A stretch of DNA of 61,775 nucleotides, filler included. It is 3 parts of 3 records of this genome, joined end to end, with 100 filler letters (N's around TTAATTAATTAA, not from the genome) between each part and the next. Parts side by side here need not be neighbours in the genome. Positions count along the whole stretch, not along the records: positions 1 to 30,558 come from SRR22947727_1650; 2 more parts are not named here. One strand, given 5' to 3'. The translations under genes were made by a program, and so were the position numbers. Below the pieces are notes generated by a model. That model did not search any database. It was not told the origin of the DNA and saw only the letters and a program-made list of their open reading frames with translations. The first letter of the stretch is position 1, and each line of letters opens with the position of its first letter. This document shows positions 1 through 10,600 of this stretch, piece after piece.

Positions 1-2
1 TA

Positions 3-680
3 TCAGCGATCAGACACTGTCTGATCGTGGCGAGCTGCTAAAATTGCTTCGGCCAATTTCAAATCGGCCGGAAAAGTGATTTTCAGGTTCGGCTCGGGAT
101 TTTTCACCAGCAAGACTTCAGTCCCAAGCGCCTGAACAGCGGACACTTCATCGGTTACAAGTTCACCTTGTTCTAGAATTTTCTCGTAGGCCGCTCGCAA
201 TAAGTCTGCTCGAAAAATCTGGGGAGTTTCCATTGCCCACAGCAAATCTCGCGACACCGACTCGACCACAGCATGGCCATCAGAATCACTTCGTTTTAAC
301 GTATCAGAAATTGGATGCGCCAATGTCGCAGCCCCCGATTTCTTCGCTTCCGTGAGGCATTTAGCAATGGCTTCTGGAGTCACCAGCGGACGAGCACCGT
401 CATGCACGGCAATGTATTCCGCATTCGGATCAATTGCTTGAATGCCATTCCAAACTGAAAAATGCCGTTCGGCCCCGCCTTCGACAACACGGGTCAGTTT
501 TTGGAAATGAGACGAAATCTCAGCAGAGGTCACCACGACAATTTCATCAATTTCGGAACACACTTCAAAAGCCTCGATCGATCTTTCACGCACGGATTTC
601 CCCGCGAGATCTGCCGCGAGCTTATCAAAACCCATGCGACGACTGCTTCCAGCCGCCACGATAATTGCCGAAACCGACAT
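3..680 (-). CDS. ispD: 2-C-methyl-D-erythritol 4-phosphate cytidylyltransferase
   Basis: IIVAAGSSRRMG N-terminus, GGAERHFSV, VHDGARPLV, METPQIF, TDE and NLKITFPADL motifs. Confidence 0.95.
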   Translation of the reverse strand: MSVSAIIVAAGSSRRMGFDKLAADLAGKSVRERSIEAFEVCSEIDEIVVVTSAEISSHFQKLTRVVEGGAERHFSVWNGIQAIDPNAEYIAVHDGARPLVTPEAIAKCLTEAKKSGAATLAHPISDTLKRSDSDGHAVVESVSRDLLWAMETPQIFRADLLRAAYEKILEQGELVTDEVSAVQALGTEVLLVKNPEPNLKITFPADLKLAEAILAARHDQTVSDR

Positions 681-693
681 CAGGAAAAATCAG

Positions 694-1149
694 TTAACTG
701 AGCTTCGCCATGACGGCTTGCGAAAGCGTTTTCCCGTCAACCCGACCACCGGTCGTCTTTGCCAGAATACCCATGACTTGGCCCATCTCTTTACGTGAAG
801 TCGCACCAACTTCGGCAACGGCTTCATCGATCAATTTGGAAATCTCTTCTTCGCTAAGCGGCTCGGGGAGGTATTTATTCAGCGCCTCGATCTCGTTTTC
901 TTCCTGCTCAACGAGTTCAGGGCGATTGGCCTTAGTGTATTGCTCGATCGAATCCTGACGCTTTTTCACCTCTTTTCGGATAACTGCGGTAACTTCTACA
1001 TCATCCAATTCCGCATCTGCGCCGCCCTTTTCGATCGCCTGATTTTTGATTGCTGATTTCAACATACGCACCGTGCCCAGCGTGATCGTGTCTTTTGCAC
1101 GCATCGCTGTCTTCATGTCTTCCGTAATTTGATTGGCCAATTCACTCAT
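694..1149 (-). CDS. GatB/YqeY domain protein
   Basis: 151 aa; MKTAMRAKD...RMLKSAI, KKRQDSIEQY, YLPEPLSEEEI, KEMGQVMG, GRVDGK pattern. Confidence 0.92.
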   Translation of the reverse strand: MSELANQITEDMKTAMRAKDTITLGTVRMLKSAIKNQAIEKGGADAELDDVEVTAVIRKEVKKRQDSIEQYTKANRPELVEQEENEIEALNKYLPEPLSEEEISKLIDEAVAEVGATSRKEMGQVMGILAKTTGGRVDGKTLSQAVMAKLS

Positions 1150-1211
1150 CCAGAAACGTATACCCGCTTGCGAAATTCGCGATTTGGTTCTGACTTAAAC
1201 CTGAAAAAACT

Positions 1212-1721
1212 TTGAGCACAAAATCACCGTCTTCAAACCTCGCCGGCCGCCTCTGGATCTCAGGGCTTGGTATCGCTTGTATTCTCATGGGCAGCTTTTT
1301 CGTCTGGTACCTTTGGGCTTCCTACAAAAAGGCCAGTCTTACGGATTCCTGGATCGAAACGCCCGCGAAAATCACCTCTTCCGTGATCGATCAATCCCAG
1401 CTGACTCAGCACTACATGACGAAACACCGGCTCGATCTGACCTACGATTATCAGTTTAAAGGCGAAAAATTAGTCGGAACAAAAATTCGGAGACTGCCGA
1501 CCGAAAGCGGCGACCTCCAGAAAGTACAGAAAAAGGAAAAGAAATATCCCATAGGAGCCGTGGTGACCGCGTTAGTCAATCCAGAGAAATCAACAGAAGT
1601 CATTCTTGAGGCAAATTCAAAAGCAGCGCTCTATTCCATTTGGTTCCCCTGCCTCTTTATCGTGGGTGGATTGGGGATAATCCTCGCAGCAATTTTTCGA
1701 AAATCTCACGCCCGTGCCTGA
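1212..1721 (+). CDS. DUF3592-like membrane protein
   Basis: N- and C-terminal TM helices flanking W.ETPAKI...Y.YQFKG...YPIG..V...VNP; TTG start. Confidence 0.7.
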   Translation: MSTKSPSSNLAGRLWISGLGIACILMGSFFVWYLWASYKKASLTDSWIETPAKITSSVIDQSQLTQHYMTKHRLDLTYDYQFKGEKLVGTKIRRLPTESGDLQKVQKKEKKYPIGAVVTALVNPEKSTEVILEANSKAALYSIWFPCLFIVGGLGIILAAIFRKSHARA

Positions 1722-2178
1722 TTTAGAGACAGCTCACGAATGGGGAATTCGGGTAATCGAGCGCGATTCGGCGCTTTATCCGGCAATGCTTGATCTTCGA
1801 AAATCCATTCTCCGAAAACCACTGGGCCTTGATCTTTCGGCGACTGATCTCGCTGCTGAAACGGAACAGATTCATTTTGTTCTCGTAAATCGTGAAACTG
1901 AAAACGTGGAAGGCTGCGCGATGCTGATCGAAAAATCCGGTGGGGTGGCAAAAGTTCGCCAGGTCGCCATTTCAGAAAGCATTCGAGCAAAAGGGCTCGG
2001 CCAGTTTCTGATGAAGGGCGTCGAAGAAACTGCCCGAGTCAGACATTTTTCAGAAATTCAGCTTCACGCTCGCGATTCGGCTGTCCCGTTTTATCTCCAT
2101 ATCGGATACGAAATCGTTGGCGATTCGTTCATCGAGGTCGGCTTGCCGCATTTCTTAATGCGGAAAAAAATCGCTTAA
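1714..2178 (+). CDS. GNAT family N-acetyltransferase (ElaA/YjcF-like)
   Basis: LRKSILRKPLG, VRQVAI...RAKGLG, LHARDSAVPFY, FIEVGLPH motifs. Confidence 0.88.
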   Translation: MPDLETAHEWGIRVIERDSALYPAMLDLRKSILRKPLGLDLSATDLAAETEQIHFVLVNRETENVEGCAMLIEKSGGVAKVRQVAISESIRAKGLGQFLMKGVEETARVRHFSEIQLHARDSAVPFYLHIGYEIVGDSFIEVGLPHFLMRKKIA

Positions 2179-4589
2179 TTCGACTGCAACAATCGTTGCT
2201 GCAAATCCTGAACCAATCCCTGCAACTGCGGGTTCTGCGGATTCGTTGTCAGGGCGCGATTTGCAAAATCCAGGGCCTCTTTAATCCGCCCGTTATCACG
2301 CATAATTGCGGCAATGCCGGTGAGATACTCAACATTGTAGGGTTCGATTTCGACAGCACGATTCAGCGGCACAATCGACTCCTCAAATCGCTCCAGGGAA
2401 TTCAACGCAACTCCGTAAAAATAGTGAGTCTGCGCATGATTCGGCATCAGCTCAGTCGCTGTTTTCAATTCCAACAATCCTTCGTCGTAGCGTTTTTGAC
2501 GCACCAGAAACCGAGCATACGCATCGTGGGCAAGGCCTTTATTCTCAGGAACCATCGCGGATTCAATCGCTCCTTTAAATTCTGTCTCCGCGTCATTGAT
2601 CCGGTTCTGCCCCAGCAAAAGCTCGGCGAGATTGACATGCGTCGGCACGTATTCGGGCTCCACTCGAATCCCGTCTCGATAGGCCTTTTCAGCATTGGCA
2701 ACATCGCCGAGGTCGGTATAGAAAAGCGCCAGCCCCATGTGGCCTGCCGCTCGGTCTGAAACCGCCATTTGCTGGGCAATGAATTCCGCCTTCGCTTTTT
2801 CAAAATCGGCCTTTTGCGTTTCATCCATAAAACTCGCTGCTGGAGCCAAAATTCGCGCAGCCTCAGTGCGAACCGCACGAACCGAGTCGCGTAGAAAACG
2901 TCCCGCAATCTGCAATCGCTGCTGGGGCTGAAGCGGCATTATGGCGCTGACGGCTTGCTTTCGAATCGCCGGAATAGGATCATCCATCTGCGCCATGATT
3001 GCCTGCAGACTTTGCTGCGTGGGCGCATGGCGGCTTGCCATCGCTTCGATCGCTGTTGCCCGAACAATCCCCGGACGTTTTGTGTCAGCGGCCAGAGCCA
3101 TTAATTTTTCCAAAGCTCCCGGACTTCCTGAGCGGCCATCGGCTAATAATTCACCGTAGTGCGCATTGCGCGGACCTTTGCCCCACCATTTGAAGAATGC
3201 GTCGGTTGCCCAATCGACATCTTTATCCGTGTGACAGTTCGTGCAGGCATCCGGTGAGTTCGTTTTCTTCGCCAAATCGGGACGCGGAATCCGCAAGCTG
3301 TGATCGCGGCGGGCATCCACCACCATGAAATTTTTCTCCGGCATATGGCACTCGACGCATTGCGCTCCTGTGCTTCCCATTTGGTGAAAATGGTGAGACT
3401 CTGGCTGATACTTCGTTCCATCGTGACACTGCAAACACAGCGCGTTTCCCGTGGCTTTTAGCTTCATGGAATGCGGGTTGTGGCAGTCAGTACAGCGCAC
3501 GCCTTTATGATACATCTTGCTCTGCACAAAAGATCCATAAACGTATACCTCCTCATCGATCTGACCGTCGTGATGATACAACTGATCGTTCAAAACCGAC
3601 GGCGCGTGAGTATCGTGAAATGACTGTCCCGCCTCGTAATTCTCCGTGAGAAGCTGACGGTGAGCATGGCATCGCGCGCAGGTATCGACTTGAACCGTCG
3701 ACTCAAGCGGCACCGTTCGCTCCGGTTGACGTGTCTCGGGATTCAACGCCCAGGCACCTTCGGTAGGTTCCTTCAACTTCACGACCAGCCCTTTCGACTG
3801 CAAATAGCTCGCCATTTTTTCTGTGTCGACCGCTTCGCCGCTTTCAGCTCCTCCATTCTTCGTCCAATTGGCCCATTTCACATGTTCAGAAGCAGGGCCA
3901 TGACACGCCTCGCAGCTCACGTTCATCTCCGACCACGTCGTGTTGTATTCGTTTTTCTCGTGATCGAATCCCTTTTTCAAATCCGTCGAGTGGCAGTCCG
4001 CACACATGTAATTCCAGTTAAAATGGCGACGCGACCAATGCAGGATATCCGAGGACGGAATCGCCTCATCGGGATACAAATGATACCAGCGTTGCCCGCC
4101 TTCTTCGGCAGGACGTGAATCCCAGCAAACCTGGAGAGCCTGATAGCGGCCGCCGGGAAATTTAATCAAATACTGCTGCAACGGATAATGCCCGAACGTG
4201 TAATCGATTTTAAAATCTACGAGGTCGCCCTCAGGACCTTCCGTATTCACCCAAAATTCCCCGTCTTTTTTATAAAATCGCGTCTTTGCTCCGAAGTGAT
4301 CAAACGTCACATCCGAAAAGTCTCCCAGCACCGATTCCGCTGTCGCCGGCATCATGGCTTTGTGGTGATCACTCAGCATCCAGTCCGCAAACTCCGGCTG
4401 GTGACAATTCTTGCACTGTCCGACGCCCACGTATTTTGCATCTGCGATGTCGTGATACGGCGAATACGGCTCGACTGAAGCCGTTTTCGAACCTGAGTCA
4501 GGTTTGGCCGACGGATCCGATTCATTACAGGAAATCAGGCCCACAAGGGTCAACAAACACAGCAACAGTCTCACAGAAAAATTCGTCAT
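2175..4589 (-). CDS. Multihaem c-type cytochrome lipoprotein with HEAT and TPR repeats
   Basis: Eight CxxCH motifs (CKNCH, CADCH, CEACH, CARCH, CTDCH, CLQCH, CVECH, CTNCH); lipobox LISC after Met at 4589; helical repeat C-terminus. Confidence 0.88.
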   Translation of the reverse strand: MTNFSVRLLLCLLTLVGLISCNESDPSAKPDSGSKTASVEPYSPYHDIADAKYVGVGQCKNCHQPEFADWMLSDHHKAMMPATAESVLGDFSDVTFDHFGAKTRFYKKDGEFWVNTEGPEGDLVDFKIDYTFGHYPLQQYLIKFPGGRYQALQVCWDSRPAEEGGQRWYHLYPDEAIPSSDILHWSRRHFNWNYMCADCHSTDLKKGFDHEKNEYNTTWSEMNVSCEACHGPASEHVKWANWTKNGGAESGEAVDTEKMASYLQSKGLVVKLKEPTEGAWALNPETRQPERTVPLESTVQVDTCARCHAHRQLLTENYEAGQSFHDTHAPSVLNDQLYHHDGQIDEEVYVYGSFVQSKMYHKGVRCTDCHNPHSMKLKATGNALCLQCHDGTKYQPESHHFHQMGSTGAQCVECHMPEKNFMVVDARRDHSLRIPRPDLAKKTNSPDACTNCHTDKDVDWATDAFFKWWGKGPRNAHYGELLADGRSGSPGALEKLMALAADTKRPGIVRATAIEAMASRHAPTQQSLQAIMAQMDDPIPAIRKQAVSAIMPLQPQQRLQIAGRFLRDSVRAVRTEAARILAPAASFMDETQKADFEKAKAEFIAQQMAVSDRAAGHMGLALFYTDLGDVANAEKAYRDGIRVEPEYVPTHVNLAELLLGQNRINDAETEFKGAIESAMVPENKGLAHDAYARFLVRQKRYDEGLLELKTATELMPNHAQTHYFYGVALNSLERFEESIVPLNRAVEIEPYNVEYLTGIAAIMRDNGRIKEALDFANRALTTNPQNPQLQGLVQDLQQRLLQSN

Positions 4590-4600
4590 TTTAGGAAGTC

Positions 4601-4647
4601 TACGATCCAACAGGGTAAGTTCGATGAACATACCCTATTGATTCGTA
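4601..4647 (-). repeat. 47-bp palindromic intergenic element, copy 1
   Basis: Minus strand TACGAATCAATAGGGT-AT-GTTCATCGAAC-TT-ACCCTGTTGGATCGTA; homologous to 11251, 25702 and 30527. Confidence 0.85.
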
Positions 4648-4679
4648 AATTCCTGCGCACAATTGAATGACGCGTCCGA

Positions 4680-7600
4680 TTATCGCTGTGGAGGCGTCGC
4701 TTCGCGAACAAGTGCCCCATCTTTTTCGCTCATGATGAGGAGACTGAATTTTTCAACCCGATCCAACTCGTTCGTATTCAGGCTGATGTAGTCGAATTTT
4801 CCGCGAAGGTCAGTGTAACCGTCTTTGAAGAACTTGACTGTTCCGTCATCGAATCGGCTATACACCTTCACGTAAACCTTGCTCATCGGCTGACCATTTT
4901 CTTTTCCACGAACCTGGATCCGACCATAATTTTCGGTGAGATCCACGTTCAGAGAATTCGCGAAAACGGCAGTCGATTTGCGATCACCCGCAGCGACGAT
5001 TTCGACGAGCACGTTCTTGCTGGCGTATTCCTTCGGCACCGTGAATGCGAGGCTCGATTTGTCTTTCGGCAGTTTTTTTACTGCAGATTGATTCGGACGA
5101 ATGTAGCTGAACTGACCGCTGTCTCCGGAAACGAAGGGCTTGCTGCTGAAGAGAAACTCGAGATCCATTTCGTAATAATTTACGACGACATCTTCGAGGT
5201 TCCGATAATTAACGGTCACGGTTTGGCCTTCTGAATCGAGCTCGAAACCAGGCTCGGTTGCAGCGATCTGATCCTGCTGCTGATCGCGGTTTTCGTTGTC
5301 GGTCATGTTGGCCGCCTCGCCCTGAATTTCTTTCACCTGCGCACCGATTTGGGCGAACCGCTGCTGCCAACGATCAACGGGATAGTCTTCGTATTTCTTC
5401 GCCAACTGAGCCGCAATCTGAGGCTCCTCACGATAGAGCGAGGCATATGCATCGAGGTAATCGAGCTGAATTTTTGTCTCCACATCTTGGGGATTCACTT
5501 TGTCCAACCAACCGAGACCTTCTTCAATTCGATCTTGAAGCAGGAGGTAATTTCCGACGGCAAGCACATCATCCTGATCAAACGTCGGCTTGTAGCTGAG
5601 CACTTTCATGTGTTGCTGATATTGCTGGCGGAAAGGCCCGTTGAGGATTTTTTGATCCTGCCCAAGACGATGTGTCCGTGCATTCACCAACGGCGAATAC
5701 TCCAAATGCTGATACCAATGACGCTCGATCGGCGCGATGGAAACGAGCTCGGTTTCGATCCACTGTCCACACTGGCGAAGGAAATCTTCGCGGTGCAGCA
5801 AATACTGGCGAGCGACTGGAGTTTCGTTGTGGAAAATTCCGTAGCTCCACAGCGTTTCGTCGTAACGATGCAAATTGTCGAGCAACGCCGTGACGGCACG
5901 GAAGAAATCGACGTCTTTTTTGCAACGCCACGCGATCAAACCAAGATCGAGATTCTGCACGTTATTTTTCCCGAGGTAGTCGAGAACTTCGCGATCGGTC
6001 GCGAACTGAGAAAGGTAATCCCACGACGCTTCATCAATTTTACTGAGTTGATCGACGACTTTAAAATCGAAGGCATCACCCCAGGCAACCGTCTCTTCTG
6101 ATTTCGCAAGATGCACCGGATAATGCGTGAACGTTCCTTCGCCCGAGTTCGATGGAAAATAGAAATGCGTTTCCACTTTCTGCGTGCTGAACGGTGCCAA
6201 TCGCACATGCTGAGTTTTTGTGTAATCGCTGCTCTGAACCGGAAGCGCTCCCTGCGGAACTTGCAGCAACAGATCGAGTTTTTGCGTCGACGAAGTCGGA
6301 TTGGTTACGACAACCTGCGAGCCGTAAAGCACGCCGGTGAGGAACTCGTCGGTGACAAATTTGTCAGTCCGCTCGCCCGCAATGTTGATGTAGCGGTCAT
6401 CATTGCGGAAGAAATTCTCGCTCACCAACAGTGGCGGTTTCTCTTCAGCTTCCGGGGTTTCTTCAATCTCTTCGTGAAAAACCACGACCGGACTTTTGGC
6501 TGAAAACGTTAGCGAATTGTCGTCGATTTTCGTTTCGTGCTCACCCGCTTTAAACGGCACATCGAGAACAGAAAGCGCGAACATCATTTCGGAAAAATTA
6601 CGCGTCGCTGCTGGGAATTCTCGTGAGTAGAAACCGCCTTGGCCGTCCCAATTTGCGAAGTCCCGCCAGAATCCGTTTGTCGAAATCAGATCCGCAAGCT
6701 GCTCAGCGATAGGAAGGTGGTAGTAATTATTTTCAGCCCATTCCATCGTCGATTCGAGTTTGCGGAACAATTTACGACGCGAAAGCGATTCGCGAACGGC
6801 CATCAAATCGTCACCGGCAACGCCGAAACTATCGACATCGGCTTCCATCAGTTCCTGTTCTTCAAAATCGCGCTCGACACCAAGCTCCATTTTCAGTCCG
6901 CCTGTAACTGCAACTAAACCGTCTGCCTTATCGGCGGCCATTTTTGGAGCGGCTGCAGCAGCTGGAAGTGCCATTGACGCGCGCCCGCTCATTCGCGAAG
7001 CCCCTGGCGCATTCTTGGCCTTTTCGGAAAGTTGGCGCATGACACGCGCGCCGCCGCTGCTAAATGAATCGGCCATCTCTTTTGCAGGGGCAGGATCAGC
7101 AAAAGGATCCATTGCTGCACCTAAACTGGCTCCACCGCCACCAAATCCGCCTCCCGCAATTCCACCGGACATGCCACGCCCGCGAAGGGCGCTGCGGAAG
7201 AGAAACTGCTCTTGTTCTGCATTTACCGGTTGGAGTTCGAAAATTTCCTGAATGTGACGCGCGGTCGAACCGGGCTCGTCACCACCGAGTTTCCGAGCGA
7301 GCAAAATCCGTTCAGGAATATTGAGCCGATTGAATTTCCACGGCTCGACGTAACCCGCCAAATCGCTACCGATCAGATAATGATCCATGAAAGTTTTGTC
7401 CCGCTTGTATGCCAAATACGGCTGGATGACTTGCTCGAAGAATTCAGGATCGCGCTGCGACAGGAAAAAATTCAGTTCGTGACTTGAGTATTTAGAATAC
7501 AACTCGCGCTTCCGTTCCACCGGCAGATCTGGCCATTGCAAAACGAATCCAAACTCGGCAAACGTCTCGTCACCATTCACGCCCATCATCGCTGCGTATA

Positions 7601-10600
7601 TTGAATCGACCGTGTCATAGATTTCAAATTCGGAGGAGCGAAGATCTGGAATCGTCAGCGATTCACCCGCGCCAAGCTGGGTCACTTTGCGGCGCTGGGA
7701 AAAATGCTTATCGAGTTCGAGACTTCCCTTCAAGCGCAGATCGCGGAAGAAAGTGCCTTTGCCTTCATCGAGCGAAACCTGGCGAAATGCTACGTTTTGG
7801 GAATCAATCGCAATGACGTGGACGTGCTGGCGGTCGCCTAAATCTGAGCGCTTGATTGTAATCACGCCGTTTGCGTCAGGAGCGACATTCAGAATGACCG
7901 GCGATGCAGATGCAAGAAAATCGAAGTTTGATGTCGTCGTCCCTTGCTCATAAGCGTCAGCAGACTCAGATCGTCTCTTCGACATTTTCGCGGCTCGCGA
8001 AGAGGGTTCTGATTCCGCACTTTTCTTATATTCCTGTCCCGCTTTGGCAACATCGATGGTTGTCTCGGTGTCACGCAATGACCATGGGTTCAACAAAAGA
8101 CCCGGACGAGTCAGCATGTTCCCCGGGAATTTTTTCGCGGCGCGACGCTCCAAAATATAACGGTATTCTTCACCAATATCGCGACCGGAAAGGTAACGCG
8201 TTTCAGCGGTTCCCCGATCAATTTCAAAGGGCTCCGGCAATCCTGCCACATCGAGATTTTCGAAGACCGAATACTCTGGGAGAAATCGTGACGCGGTGAT
8301 GTGAACTCGCGTCGATGGCGATCCATTTTTTGTCTGAATCGTAATATTTTCGCCGACTTCAGAAATGCTCGCGATCTGAAGCGGCGATCCATTTTTAATT
8401 TCCAAATGACGATGTTTGGACAGCGCGTAGCCCGATTCCGCTTTTTTGGAATCCGTAACCCGAACGGTGATGGTGTGTTCAGGATTTCGCAAAACCAACT
8501 CATAATCACCCGGCGTCAGCCCTTCGATGGAGATCAATCCGTCCGCCAGTTTTGCTTTTGCAAAATCATCGCTCACCAAGGTTCCCGACCGCGCTTCGAA
8601 GATCGCGAAATCCGCACGCTCCATTTGCGCAGCAGTCAGCGTTCCGGGGATTTGAATGGGCTGACCGAAGATTCCATGAACCGAAGTCGGCAACGTATGC
8701 CCATCTTCCGCAAGGGCCCAATCCCGAGTCTCCAACCAGTTCCCTTGTGCATGAATCGAAACAATTCCGTCTAGCACACCGAGGTTGATCCGACCATTTT
8801 CGTCGGTCTTTAGATTGAAATTTTTGTCGCGGGTAAAATCCTCGTGATTCACCACCACATTCACCGCGCGTTCGGCAATCGCCTCGCCGGTTTTGCCGAG
8901 CACTTCGAGAATGTAATTTCCACCGATTCGGCTGAGGTGAAGATCGGAAACCAGTTCGCGCTGATCGATCGTGTTCAGCAGAACTGAATCCGTAGCTACC
9001 AACGTATCCTTCGAACCGCTTCCACTCATCGCGGTTACTTTCGCTTCGAGAATAAAATTCAGATTGATGACTCGACTCGGGACTCGAAATTTGTGAATCG
9101 ATTCCACGTCGTTTTTCAGCTCAAAACCGGGAACTTCCTCGACGGATTCGATTCCATCCAAATCGGTGGAACGAATCGTTAATTTCACTTCTTCCAAAAT
9201 CGACACCGGAACGGGGTAGCCATTCACCGTGATTGATGGTCGCACCACGAGATCCGCGAGATTCCCCGGAATCAATGCTTCACGATCGACGTAAAAGCCC
9301 GCTTCAAGCGCGTAATTCTCGGAAGGAATTGCCAGATTTTCCAGCGTCGCAAAATCTCCATCCGTCAGAACAATTTGCTGATTCCCCGGCTGATTCGAAA
9401 ACGGAAGCGCGATGATCCCTTTGTCGCTCGGCGTGTATTTGCGTCCGCCAAACCAAACGGCGGGTTTCTTTGCGAGGTCGTTATTCTCGTCCAAAACCGT
9501 GACGAACGTTCCCGCTCCGGTTGTTTTCGCCAAATACTGAAGACGTCCTTTTTGGACCAAGGCCCGACTGCTCATTCCATTACCGATGAACTCAATCACC
9601 CAGGCTCCGCGCTGTCCTTTTAGAGAATCAAAAGTGAATGTGCGCTTCGTGCGGCGAATTGATGTCGCATCGTAATCGTGCTCCGCTTCTTCATTCGCGA
9701 TCAATCCATCGAGCTTCAAATCAGTGTTCAGCTCACGTTTCTGATCGAGGAAATAATTCAACGAATTGAGTTCGTAAACCTTCACGACCAGCGCATCGAC
9801 GTTTTTCACAAAGATATCCAACGAAACAGCGGCATCCTGCGAAAAGTGGGTTTCATTCGCGAGGGCGAATTCCAGATCTACCCGATCTTTCAATGCCTGA
9901 ACCGCTGACGGGCTCAACATGGAATACCACTGAGCTGCATCTCCAATTCCATTGGTCAGCTTCGTTTCTGCAAAAAGCGGCTTCAAATACGTGTCCCGAA
10001 TCAGCGACGCGTAGCCCTCCCACGTTTGATCTTCGACAAAGAAATGCTTCAAGAAATCGCGCACCAGCGGCTCATCCTGATAAATGGGCGGCAACATCGT
10101 CACCGCCTGAAAATTGGCATTCATATCCACCTGATTGCGACGACGCTCTGCATCTGCAAGATAGCGAGGCTCGACGTAATTCACCGGGCGCGGCAGCTTC
10201 AGGTAAGTAATAAAAAGCTCCCGCGAATATTTTCCCTGCCGTTGCTCATGCAACAGCAATTGATACAGCGAGTGCGCCTTTAGCGAATTGAACGCTGCGG
10301 AAAGTGGCTGCACATAATCCCACACTCGCTGCAAATATTCGCCGCGAGCTTCATCATCCTGACGCCAATTAATATCCGCATTCGGATGCAGTTTCCGGAT
10401 GTTCGCATTGATGAAATTCGAGTTATTGATCAGCTCCGGACGAAGATCAAGCAGCGCATCGAGTTGCATCGGCAAAAGCCGGTTGTGAATTCCGAACTCA
10501 CCAAACCCGCGACTTTCTTTGGTTCTCAAATCAGCAGCAATAAAGCCCACGAGCCTTTTGTAATCTGGATACTTAACCCGGGCCAACAACGCGCGGCGAC

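Noticed and set aside
4617-4631. GTTC-N3-GAAC core of the repeat as a Verrucomicrobia LexA box
   Set aside because: The box as I recall it is TGTTC-N4-GAACA; spacing here is N3, it sits in a longer palindrome, and neighbours are not SOS genes
4590-4631. Extended starts in the ORF track (cytochrome 4631, pyc 25809, isomerase 24550, DMT 47484, TPR 54331)
   Set aside because: Extensions run through repeats or intergenic DNA, or overlap neighbours; downstream ATGs give proper signal peptides or family N-termini
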